DNA from: Zancudomyces culisetae HAW-14-8
Lineage: Eukaryota; Fungi; Kickxellomycota
DNA length: 64,000 nt
Assembly: GCA_052426225.1 (NCBI GenBank)
Contig: JBNJNM010000011.1
Coordinates: 3,658,001-3,722,000, forward strand
Reading direction: 5' to 3'
How positions within the stretch are numbered: position 1 is the first letter of the stretch; the number at the start of each line of letters is the position of its first letter. The position numbers and the translations under genes were made by a program. The notes beneath the pieces are model-generated. The model ran no database searches. It saw only the letters and a list, made by a program, of their open reading frames with translations, and was not told the DNA's origin. Positions 36,801 through 47,070 of the stretch are shown here, piece by piece.

Positions 36801-36992
36801 TTCTGGTTTATCTTGTGCATTGGACTCGCTGCTGGGGATGTTGCTGGTTGACAATACAAATTTAGGTTTACCCACGAGCTGCTTGTTCCAATCTATTTTC
36901 CCCACCTGATCTTCGTATACTTGTGCATCTACGATTACACTTCCGAATATTGCTATACACAGCAATACCAGAGTATAATCCAGTACTCTCAT
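33816..36992 (-). CDS. EMC1: ER membrane protein complex subunit 1, 1058 aa
   Basis: Signal peptide then YEDQVGKIDW, ATEKNVLASL...GKLNWRQV, VYKYLNPN, ENW, LESTCLVVAYG.LDVF and PSGSFDQL motifs, and a C-terminal TM. Confidence 0.95.
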   Translation of the reverse strand: MRVLDYTLVLLCIAIFGSVIVDAQVYEDQVGKIDWNKQLVGKPKFVLSTSNIPSSESNAQDKPEASAGASVGADGGLIVATEKNVLASLDPESGKLNWRQVFESNDVIKVIKYVGTDVLSISGGSKQDGKQEKTIRMWNSRTGALKWEHTESSGKSRWGADILYSALEKKTQEEKQKSEGDTNKRLIVLLGSSVLRLDVDTGEIQWRYESEEHISVVFKRMVQNKDAIFVLGDESVGKTGIRVVELSARNGEKKKSYLAAVGQSLDSEDLAILSGGEGEGRGSKTSSYLVWRPDKNIIWNTHRLGNDKVSHEIYHAKIFQLELMPDMMMTSKIFGIDVDERVSYIGLSYSFGSRHKLVVARLEENVEGMVDFNKVTEIRTSKPLFQRKHITVNSEGQLVSIIPRKDNKVQYKVIEFSEEDTTGQEIKTIKSNSKRGNIEQAVVVSTKGGEAGGKGGASKVLTVTSDGVMCMYEGNHGKEAQQLWCRDEVLTGAVGVAFVNKEIAKSSKLAGFDDHMKNGWITNMFARYKRHLSELTVTNMIQSTFKSEDKAVKFGISKLAVFIAKGGYVGAIDTVGGETVWERQLRLSEVDELDGMESSASSTTQQDWIEPTAIYVTREQTEKKGALVVVIGQVTESSGKKKTVVVTMEGMTGKIVFRLSKKMNYLAKKVLETNIVEPETEQKIIVLVDSKKNTADYWPTISATTAATVEAANDKLVAVVVDGDEPGSTQLVGYKIGGQDDIHTLPKMWTLDLGKSNSQVLHTAGLAADLTVASIGKALANRQVVYKYLNPNVLAVLAGSESENTLTLYVVDKVSGRILHRATHPNADLTRSTGLVLTENWGVYYHYTKDTNNDKVGNWILTTFEMFESDKPDTLHSTTDSFSGYDDFVPFVASQSFILPDQPTALGLTTSHSHITLQDILLSLKNQPLVSIPYIQVDPRRPQSTKASSSSDQPLSQGIPAAVPILSISPKQMISYSVDLKSISHIVSTHTKLESTCLVVAYGDLDVFVTQQRPSGSFDQLGPSFSKSNLVLTTIGLAIACVIVTPLVKRKLLNNNWF

Positions 36993-37973
36993 TGTAATGG
37001 TGCTGTGTTTTATTAATTAACTTGTTTAGTGAATTTTTAATATAGATTTTCTGCGACGTTTCTTATTTTTACCTTTTTGGATAGGTTCCTTTTAACTACT
37101 TTCAGGCTTTTGAATATCAGTGTAAACAACTATTGCAATAAAAATTCAAAATCAGGGCTAAAAAAAATTAGCTTGCACATAAACAAAAACCAATGGTGGG
37201 GAGACAAAGACAGAAAATAATGACCAAAATTTGAATAGCCAGCAAAGCTTTATATGGTTCAGGCCATCTTCATTTACGCTTTTACAGGCTTTATTTCTTT
37301 TTGCGAATTGATCTTCTTGAAAATCGCCAAAAAGTACGTCATCACTGTACCTTTACTTTCGCACTATCCCTTTCTCTTTGAGTTACTGTTTGCCAAAGAT
37401 AAAGCGCAAAGAACGATTGAAATACAGAGTCTCGCGTTTGTTTTAGTTGCGATTTTCAGTGTAAAAAAAGCGAGATTTATGTATTTATTCATCCCCCCCC
37501 TTCCCCCAAGTACACGCAAATACAGCTGTACTAAAAAGACGGAGGGATGAGGAAAGTTTCTCCAGTGGTTTAATGGGTAAATTGTTGGAAAACTAACGTA
37601 TTTCAATGTGGTTCCATTCGATGAGGATTTCGATTTTGCTCTTAAAAAAATTTTTACTATTGCTTTTTTTAAATGTTGTATATGTTTTTACAGTATGCTA
37701 ATTCGAGGAAAACGAGAATACTATATTGGTGATATTGCCAATTAAATCGAGGCAATTGACTATCTAGATTGTGATTGGGTATAATGGTGAAAAACACATT
37801 TCTGCACTTTTAAATTTCAAACGAAATACATGGTATTTCTCTTGTTAAAAGGGCACTTTATCAAAAAGCTTTTTCCCGAAAAACAAAATAAAACAAAACA
37901 GACTAAACAAACCCGAATTGTATAAACAAAATTGTATAAAGCTAATAAACAAACAAAAGAATAATAACCAGCA

Positions 37974-40900
37974 ATGACAGATGATATATACAAGATCGAA
38001 ACCGAGGACAGTACTTCTGCGCCCGCCGATTTTGTAGAGGAATATAATCCCGAAGATCCAGATTCGCAAGACCTATTAAAAACATCCGAATACCATGCCC
38101 AGGGCAACCAACTTGACCTTCTCCAAGGAGATGATGTTGAAAGCTGGGGTTATAAGGGTGAGGAAAATGATCATGATCAGGCAAATGATGACGAGAAGCA
38201 TTCTAATGGGGATCAGGGTCACGAAGATTTCAATAATTTGGGCGAATCTAGCAGAAATGTTTTAGATTCAGAAAGTAGCCTTAGTGGGAGGAATTTGCAA
38301 GCATCTTCTGGGAAAGGATATGAGTAAGTAAAAACCACATATTTTATTGTTTTTATGAAATATTATAGCAGCATGAAAACCCAATTGCCCTTGGAAGTTT
38401 GTTTGTCAGCTTTGCACGGATTTGACCTACTGTTTGCTCAAAATCACTTGCCAATTGGATGGAATCAAGGAGTGAAAGATAAATATGTGTGAAGCCCACG
38501 AGCAATCACTTTGCTGTGGATAATTGTATAAAGTCAGCAAGCAAATATGCAAATGTTGGATACAATTATTGTATCTCATACTGGATAGCAGAAAACCAAC
38601 GGGATTTGTGCAAACCAAATAATCATCGGACTATTTCTGTAAGCAGATTATCAAAAAAATAAAACAAAGATGGTATTGATGCTAAGCTGAATACAAAGGT
38701 GTTCATACAGATAATAAACAGCAAACCAATCAATTATCTCGCAGATATCGAGAATTTCAGCTTTCACTCATAGGGGACTATTCAAGCTGTAAAGATAGAG
38801 AGATAGATTTGAGTTTTTTTTGAGGTAAACTAATATTTAATATGCTTATTCTTGGTGAGATCATTGTGTTAACTTTAATGTTTCGGTTTTAAAGAGTTTT
38901 TTTTTTGGAAAAACTTTGCAATGTGGTGGAAATTTTATGTATTGGTGTGATTTAGAGTAGTGTAGAGTAGAGTGTAGTAGAAAAAATCTGGACGTTGAAA
39001 TAGAAACACAATTACAGTAGAGAAAAAAAATTTCAAGAGTCAATGAAAAGATAAATTATAAATAAAAGACAATTTAGAAACGCGGGAGTATATTTAAAAT
39101 TGTTTTGAACAAAGATAAGGGGGAAGTGATGTGAGTTAGAACTTTGATAGATAGTATTAGTCTTGGAACTTACTAGAATTGGTAGTTGTAGCGATAAATG
39201 TAGCTATTAAGAAAAAAAAAAGAAGAGGGAAAATTTTATTTATTTTTGACATGGTTTAGGTATAGGCGCAATTCTTGGAAAATAGGTTTAGATTAAAATG
39301 TTTATTTTTTATGAACTATATAGACACAGATAGATAGAAATGTTGATTGGTTAGTTGATTGCTTGATTGCTTGATTGCTTGATTGGTTCATTGGTTCATT
39401 GGTTCATTGACATAAGAGTTCACCAAGGGCGTATCTAGGGCAAAGACGGAGCAGACAAGCAAACAAACATTCTTAGCAAGAGATTGGGAAGATGATGCAA
39501 AGGGTGTTAGACGGTGTTATTAATCGAATAATGATGATTTTGAATAGGAAAATGTTTGTTGGTGGATTGAGTTGGGAGACCACAGAAGACAAGCTGCGAG
39601 AGTATTTTGGTAAATACGGAGAGGTAATTGAATGTACAATAATGCGAGATCAGAACACAGGGCGACCAAGGGGCTTTGGGTTTGTAACATTTGCAGATAG
39701 CATGTCAGTTAGCAAAGTATTGGAGGAAAAGACACATTTTGTGGATGACAAGAGGGTAAGTTGGAAACAAAAAGGGGGGCGGTTAAATGATGGTTAAAAT
39801 CAAAAATGATTGCGATAAATGTGTATTTATGTATGTTATATGGTAGATTGATTCAAAACCTGCTGTTCCAAGAGATCAGCAAGGGCAGCAATACGGCCAA
39901 CAACAGCACCTTCAACAAGGGTATGGCAGACAAGGAGGCGGAATGATGATGGGTGGAGGGTCGGGATCCGGCGGCGAGTTTACAGAGGGTCGTGGTGACA
40001 CGGTGTTTGCAGGAGGGTTGGGTGCGGTGGTTACAGAGGAGGACCTGCGAGAGGCATTCCAAAGCTACGGAAACATTGTAGAGATCAAGTTGATGGTTGA
40101 CCGAGCGACAGGACGAAGCAAAGGGTTTGCATTTATTCAGTACGAAGACGAGAAGAGCGTACAAGTAGTGCTCAGCCAAGGAGAAAGCGGCGAAGGTGTT
40201 GTGGTTAAAGGGAAGCGAGTCGATGTCAAAAATGCTCTTCACAAGAAAAAAACAATGAATTCCAATGCAAATATGGGTATGAATATGGGAATGGGGATGG
40301 GTGGAATGAGTGGAATGAACATGGGGATGGGGATGGGTGGGATGAACATGGGAATGGCCGATCCAATGATGGCCTTTTCCGGATACAATCCTGCTGCTTA
40401 TGGCATGAACATGACTGGAATGAACATGGGCTATGGCATGGGGATGAATATGGGAATGGGGATGAGTGGAATGAACAACATGAATATGGGAATGACCATG
40501 CCTGGTGTTATGGGCTACGGCCTCAATTACGGTCTTAACTACGGTCTTGGCTCGTCTTCCACTGCCACTCCATCTGCCTCTGGGGCTGCCACTTCCGCAA
40601 CCGGTGCAATTGATTACCAATCAGCTCTAGCTTACCAACAGCAACCAATCCAGCAACAGTATTCTTCAACTCCAACAGGAGAATCTCGCGACCAAACCAC
40701 AGCCTCAAATAACAACAATTCTGCCGCCTACTCGCCTTCCTCTTCTTCTCATCCTCTGGATGATTCTGCTGCCAAATACGACGATTATTCAAATGGCGGA
40801 AATTCTTCGGGTTCGGCTAAATACAAAAGCCGTCGCGACAAGAGAGACTATCCTTCTGGGTCCAACCCTGCGTCCAATTACTCATCGTATTCATCAAGAC

Positions 40901-41037
40901 CCTCAAACAAACGCGAGCGTTCGTCCGAACGTGACCGCAATCACTACCACTCCGCGTCTTCATCTAATCCGAATCAGACACAAGGCTCTGGTGGTAAATA
41001 CTACAACTCTAGCAAACGCTCGTACAATAAATACTAG
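37974..41037 (+). CDS. Two-RRM hnRNP (Hrp1/Musashi/hnRNP A-D/DAZAP1 family); exons 37974-38323, 39548-39755, 39847-41037 (582 aa)
   Basis: RRM1 KMFVGGLSW...RGFGFVTF and RRM2 VFAGGL...KGFAFIQY. Introns 38324-39547 and 39756-39846 (GTAAGT...TAG) splice in frame. Met/Gly-rich and Ser/Tyr/Arg-rich tail ending RSYNKY. Confidence 0.9.
39356..39410. repeat. Intronic (TGATTGCT)n/(TTGGTTCA)n octamer repeats
   Basis: Directly visible inside the long intron. Confidence 0.8.
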
Positions 41038-41160
41038 TTAAATTATTCTCATATTTATCTTTATTTTGGTTTGTTTTTATTTTATTTTATTGACTTTACT
41101 TTTTTTCTAAAAAACAAAAAAAAAAGAGCAAGCAAGCAAACAAACAAACAAACAAAAGAC

Positions 41161-44100
41161 CTAAAGAAATACAAATCCTCTGCATCTACTTGATTCACAG
41201 TAACATTTATAACCCTTGTGGTTGACCACTGCTCCCTTTTCTCTTTCTTCTCCACCTCGTTCTTGTGCTATATCCATATTTTTATCACCAGTATTGCCTT
41301 CAATATTACTGTTCACCCCACTTGCGGGCAGAGTAAGCGGCCTTGATGTTCGGCCCATTGGGGATTTTGGTATAGGAATCGAAATCCCATTTTCTTCTTC
41401 CCTTCCCCCATTACTACCATAAACTCTATCACTGTTACAATCACCGTTTTTGCCTTCTTTGACACCAGAAAAGTACCGCCATAGTGTTGGTGTGACTGTT
41501 GCATTTGCTTTCTCTCTAGTTGGTGATATTATCGTTTCACTAGTACTAGCGTTACTATTATTGCCACCACCAGCATTATTAACGGTATTTATACCATTAG
41601 AAGCAGTGTTATTGTTGTTGTTTTTTCCGGTTGTCAAGTATGCAACCGGGTTGTAATCAAACGTAAGCTCAGTTCCTGCTGAAATCCGTTTTTTTGTAAA
41701 AAATGCCAGGTGATGCAGATTTTTGTCCCAATGATTAATATACACTGCCCGGATTTGTAGATTCGGATCACAACTATGGTTAAAGAAATGCGTTATATTG
41801 CCGCAGTTCGCCGCATCAATCGTAAACATCGGATCTTTGTCAATTGGTGTCTCAAAGTCCAAATCGAACAGATATGTTGATCCCAGCTTATCATTGAGCC
41901 GCCCACGTCGCTCTGCCTCCATATACGTTATTATTTCTCCTACATATTCCGCAACAAACTGTCCACGTGAAAGTGTTTCGAGAGTTCTTACACCCCATCC
42001 CTTCTTGGCCGTTTTAAATATCTGCATTCGGATTCCTGTCCCCCGTTGCACAACCCGATTGCTGCAGTTGCTTCCGCACCCACATTGCCAGTTACACTCA
42101 TATATTGCCTTTTGCTCGGGAAGTATAAGCATCCTGTTGATATTGTACGCATTGTCCTTTTCACCTTCAGGATTGTTATGCTCACAAACTTTTTCTCGAT
42201 TCATATGACCACTGCCATCACAACCTCCATTACTAGCACTAGTACCATTACCATTACCACCACCATTACAATTGCTAGTACCAGTATTATTGCCATTTCT
42301 CCCCTTTTCCTCTGCAGCAGTTGCCATTCCACCAACACCAATACCTACCCCTACACCTCCGTTTACTTCTTTTTTCTCTTCTTCAAACCTATTTCTATTC
42401 CACCCCTCGATCTTAAAGCTAGTACATCCATCATCGTCATCATCATCATCGTCATCGTCATCGTAATCATATCCTTGCTCTTCTAGCTCCAACTCTTCAC
42501 TTCCTTCTCCTCGTCTATCCTTGCCATGATATCCATTACTGTTCGAACCATTATTTCCGTATATGCCATTTCTCTGTCGAAGCCCATTTCTAGTATTCCT
42601 CAGTTCATCCATTACCTCCATCCTGCCCCTGCCCCTGCCCCTTCCCCACTTCCACTTTTTGCATGAGCATCCTTGGATTTCTATTTCCACTGGCTTTGGT
42701 ACATTTTCCCCAAATCTAGATTCAGTAATAAAGTCAAAATCCATAGGTGGTGGTATATCATCGACCTTGTTTTCCACTGTTATTTTAGTGCCATATTTTC
42801 GCTGTATCCGCTCCTTAAACGCCTCCAAGCCTTTCTCCAGCTGTTCATTTTTTTTGACCCCAGCCGTCATTTGCGTTTTTTTTTGTTTGGCTGCTCCTTT
42901 CACACTTACGCTATTAGTATTGCTACCTTGATCTTTGTTGTTCGATTTTCTCTCATCCTGCTCCCCCCAAAAAAATTTATACCTTACCCCTTCTCCTTCA
43001 CACATGCCACTTTTGCTATTTTTTCTACCCCTACCTGTTTCCACAAGCGTTACATCCGCATACAGCTGTCTCATTCTCTTGTATTCATTCAGTTGTGTTA
43101 TCAAATCCTTACTATTCTCAATCTTTCTTCCTAAATCAAACTCTGCATTTTCTCCAATATTACTAACAATATCTTCGGAATCCTCGTCTATAATCCCATC
43201 TCTACCCGGCTGTTTTCTAGGTCCATGCCAATACTCATCTCCCATTCTATAATACTCACTGATATCCTTCAAAATAGCGGCCAAACTATGTTCTTCATCT
43301 CCTATTTTTACTCTTGCCATTGCTTTCTTTTTCTTTTTTGGCTTGTAAGCTCTGCGCACCTTTTCAATTATTCGGTTTTTTTTGGAAACTCTAGAATCGT
43401 CTCTTTCACCTTCATGTCCACTATTTTGTTCCATGTCGCCGTCAACTGCACCATTGTTTGGCATATACTGTTCATTCACCAAGCTATTTTCTAGTTTTCT
43501 CTTTGTTACATTTTCCGCTCTGTGTCTTGTGTAATATTCTCGCTCAACTTTTACTTCTTGAAAGCTAATTTGATCATCACTATCCCCACCGACAACATTA
43601 TTGCTATCAGTACTGTTCTCTTTGTGTTGTCCCGTATTATTCAATTCGAGCTGGGTACTATACTTCGCTTCTATTGGAATGTTCGTAATAAAGTCTGTTT
43701 TTTGTAATTGCATTTCCTGGATTGAATCTGACGGGAAAATGTCCACCTGTGATATTTGTTCTGCAAGTTTTATGGTCTGTATATCTGTTTTGTTCTCTAG
43801 GTTTTCTTTAAAGCCAGTGTTAGGAATGTCACATTCCAAATCATCTGAGCTCAATTCCACAATAACTGGTGCTTCACCTCCATCCTTATCACTACTTATG
43901 GTTATACCGCTTTCTATGACATTTTCTTCCCAGGTCGCTGAGATGGAATCATGTCTTCTTGCTTCGATTCCCATCGAATCCTCGTCGCTGGAGTGTGAAT
44001 AGGTAGTGGAATCATGATTCTTATCGATTGAATTACACTTTACTGTTGGTTCTATAGCCGAAAGCCCGTTTTTCATACGCTTGTGTTGAGAATTGTGGAT

Positions 44101-44202
44101 TTTTGTTTGTGAATTTGTTTGTTCCATAAATTGCTCAAGCTCAACTTGGCCATTATTTTGTGATATTTCGTCACTTGAAACCAGTAGACTCGTGTATTCC
44201 AT
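41161..44202 (-). CDS. Histone H3K9 methyltransferase (Clr4/DIM-5/SUV39 family), 1013 aa
   Basis: Pre-SET GCSC...IYECNWQCGCGSNCSNRVVQRG; SET KKGWGV, FVAEYVGE, YLFDLD, FFNHSCDPN, ELTFDY; post-SET CYCESSRCRG. Confidence 0.93.
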   Translation of the reverse strand: MEYTSLLVSSDEISQNNGQVELEQFMEQTNSQTKIHNSQHKRMKNGLSAIEPTVKCNSIDKNHDSTTYSHSSDEDSMGIEARRHDSISATWEENVIESGITISSDKDGGEAPVIVELSSDDLECDIPNTGFKENLENKTDIQTIKLAEQISQVDIFPSDSIQEMQLQKTDFITNIPIEAKYSTQLELNNTGQHKENSTDSNNVVGGDSDDQISFQEVKVEREYYTRHRAENVTKRKLENSLVNEQYMPNNGAVDGDMEQNSGHEGERDDSRVSKKNRIIEKVRRAYKPKKKKKAMARVKIGDEEHSLAAILKDISEYYRMGDEYWHGPRKQPGRDGIIDEDSEDIVSNIGENAEFDLGRKIENSKDLITQLNEYKRMRQLYADVTLVETGRGRKNSKSGMCEGEGVRYKFFWGEQDERKSNNKDQGSNTNSVSVKGAAKQKKTQMTAGVKKNEQLEKGLEAFKERIQRKYGTKITVENKVDDIPPPMDFDFITESRFGENVPKPVEIEIQGCSCKKWKWGRGRGRGRMEVMDELRNTRNGLRQRNGIYGNNGSNSNGYHGKDRRGEGSEELELEEQGYDYDDDDDDDDDDDGCTSFKIEGWNRNRFEEEKKEVNGGVGVGIGVGGMATAAEEKGRNGNNTGTSNCNGGGNGNGTSASNGGCDGSGHMNREKVCEHNNPEGEKDNAYNINRMLILPEQKAIYECNWQCGCGSNCSNRVVQRGTGIRMQIFKTAKKGWGVRTLETLSRGQFVAEYVGEIITYMEAERRGRLNDKLGSTYLFDLDFETPIDKDPMFTIDAANCGNITHFFNHSCDPNLQIRAVYINHWDKNLHHLAFFTKKRISAGTELTFDYNPVAYLTTGKNNNNNTASNGINTVNNAGGGNNSNASTSETIISPTREKANATVTPTLWRYFSGVKEGKNGDCNSDRVYGSNGGREEENGISIPIPKSPMGRTSRPLTLPASGVNSNIEGNTGDKNMDIAQERGGEEREKGAVVNHKGYKCYCESSRCRGFVFL

Positions 44203-46091
44203 GCTATTTTCCCTTTATACTGCACCTATTCCTGGGAGTTAACAGCTATCATGGTATTGTTTGTTTAAAAAGCAGTAAAATTTTATTTATTTACAATTTC
44301 GCTTTGAGTAGAGTCTATTTTGATTTGGATTTTTCATCACTAACAAAAAAAAAACAATTAAAAGCTTAACCGAAAAAAACGCGAAATAATTGGTAGGTTT
44401 TTTTACAACTCTCGAATAGAATATCGCGCTTCAAAGTCTTGGGCTGAAACAAATTCAAGACCCATGTAAGCTCTGTTTTTCAACTATCTTTACTCATATT
44501 CCCTTAATTCCTTTAATAAGCTCGTCAAAAGATCAATCTATTCTCTATTCACATTTTTGCACTATCCACACGAGTAAAATAGCCCAGAACTAAACCCAGG
44601 CGCGGATAAAAATAGACATCCTCTTTATATTGATTTATACTCCCCACCCCCCTTCTTTTCTGCATTTGTAATAGTTCTCACGTTTATACCTGCATTCATT
44701 CACAATAAATTACTCATGTTACCCTAACATATAAAAAAATTAGTACATTTCTAAGACCAGCATTTTGGGCTCTATGATTGTGTGTTGACTCTGTTTTTTT
44801 TTTGTAATATAACTCATTACGAGGGATGCCAGCTTGCATCCACCACAAATCGATAATTAGAATTTGGTATCAATACCACCTATTGTTTTATCTCTATAAT
44901 CCTACTAATCTATTGCATTTATACAGGTGTGTGGGCATAAATCACACATTGGTTTTATTACCGCGTGCCTTGATTCTGTGATGTCTCTGATGGTTTCATT
45001 GAAACTATATCATTTGCTTTTTTCAGCCTGGGCACTCGGATTTTGATTACTTTAGAACTAAAGTAAAAACAATCAAAGTAATCAATTAAAATAGAATAAA
45101 ATAAAATAAACATGGCATACGCCGAAGCAAGTTCATGCCAACTTGTTTCCCACTACATTATTGAATTCATATCATTTTTCCCTTCCCACAATTTGGCTGT
45201 GTTTTAAACTACCTCATGAAAAGTTGTTCAGTTTGTCTATCAATTACAAAGTGCACCTTGAATTGTTGTATGAAGCTGATGTTTGAGTTTCTTATTCGTC
45301 ACTCAAAACATTTAGAACCAAAGTACCCCGTTCACTTTGTGAGCTTTTACATCCTGTATAGCCTTTTCTTTCTATTTTTTTTACACCGTTCTGCAATAGC
45401 TTGCTGAAACTATGAGAGAATAAAAGGCTGTCTAATTTAATTGACCGAAACCGGTTTTGTGGATGTGAATATTGCTAGCATATGATAAAACATTCAAAAA
45501 GAGGGGAAAAAACAGGAAAAGATATTGGAGAGAAGCTGTGATAATCGAATATGAGACGGAATGTGGTAAAGCATGCCTGTTTTTCAATTACCTGTTTTTT
45601 TTTTGGTCCATAAATTTTTAATAAAGTTTTACAAGACTTAAGCTTGCATACATACACTCTTCTTCCCCGTATAGAACGGCATTCTATTCGTCATCTTACT
45701 CATGTAAAAAGATAATACAGCCTCGTATGTACATGTTCTTATTTATTATTGCCTACTATTCATCTATGAACTATGAGCAACGATGGTAAAAGTATATAAA
45801 TTGAGTCCTATTTTGCTTGAGTTACGCTTATCGATAGTATCAGTAGATTCTCCTTTTAACCAAAATAGGAAAGTGTTTATAAATAAGTAGTATAAATAAG
45901 ACTATATTATACATGAAATTTTGAAAAAATCAGTATTACAACACACAGTCATCACTAGCTTTGCTCTTGTTATTATTATAAAAAGAATAGCTTATAGTGT
46001 GAAAAAAAGTATATAAACAACCTTATTTCAAAGATACCAATAAACAAACTACCAGAAACACGTATATAAAGCTGCTTTAATAAATAACAAA

Positions 46092-47070
46092 ATGAATAGC
46101 TTTGACTACAACGGTGTAAAGAGAAACCAGAGAGACATAGGTAAAGGAGATATAAAGGCTATGAGAATGTGTAGTTGCGGATATTGCAATGGTGATCATA
46201 GCAACTCCCCAATAAAAGTCAGATATAGCTTATGAAACTTTTTTTCAAACTACAGCTGATGGCTGCAGGCTAAAAAGAGAGAATGAGCCCACTAAATACA
46301 GTATTAATGAAAAAAAAAACAAAAAAAAAACAATAAGAGCAGAGGGTACCAACATTAGTGGCAGTTTAGGAGAACATGACCTTTCTGGTTTTTATCAATA
46401 CAAACTTTATTTTTACATGAAAATGGCCAAAGTTAGTCGTATCATAAAAAAGAGAGATTTCTTTGAAAAGCAAACTCTAAAAGTAACACAAAACTATAAC
46501 ATCACAAGGATCTTTTAGCACTAACCAGGTTTAGTATAAAAAAATTACGAATTAGTATTGTTATTATTATTATTACTGGTCTTTTCGTTTTCTCACGTCT
46601 CGTTATATAAATTTGGTGTTTTTTTTATCACACTAGTACTTGTAAAATAAACAATGCAAAAAGAAGCATAAACAGTTCAAAACAGTAATAGCCTCACCAC
46701 CATAACATGATCGGTAGCAGATGTAGAGATAGTGGCGTGCTGGTTTCTTTGTCTTTATAAAAGTTTCTCAATCCATTCTCCTTTCCTTCACAGAAGAAAA
46801 AATATCAATACATGTACGCTTCGGTGTGTGACCTTGGCAAACCTTCGAAAGAAGTGTACTGGCCGATTTATGTCGGAAATCAAAATTTGAGGTTTTATTA
46901 ATAAAGGAGCATCCAGGAGCTGTTTTAATAATAAACCAACAAGAAAAAATATGGGTAGTTCAGTGGTACAATTCAAGTATTCTAATAAGAAATCGGGTTT
47001 AGAGCAAAACTTCCCGTTAATTGCCACTAGCCTGGTGATTATAATACTTGCAACCACTGCGATGATATAA
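46092..47070 (+). mobile_element. Possible decayed LTR-retrotransposon gag/protease relic
   Basis: A 47-aa ORF (46092-46235) carries CGYCNGDH (CX2CX3H knuckle-like). Downstream, VYWPIYVGNQNL is followed after a frameshift by FINKGASRSCF, resembling retropepsin LxDTGAS. No LTRs or RT seen. Confidence 0.3.

Noticed and set aside
38496-38519. Hairpin CCAC-G-AGCAA/TTGCT-GTGG in the long intron as an H/ACA snoRNA
   Set aside because: A single short stem with no convincing second hairpin, H box or ACA box.
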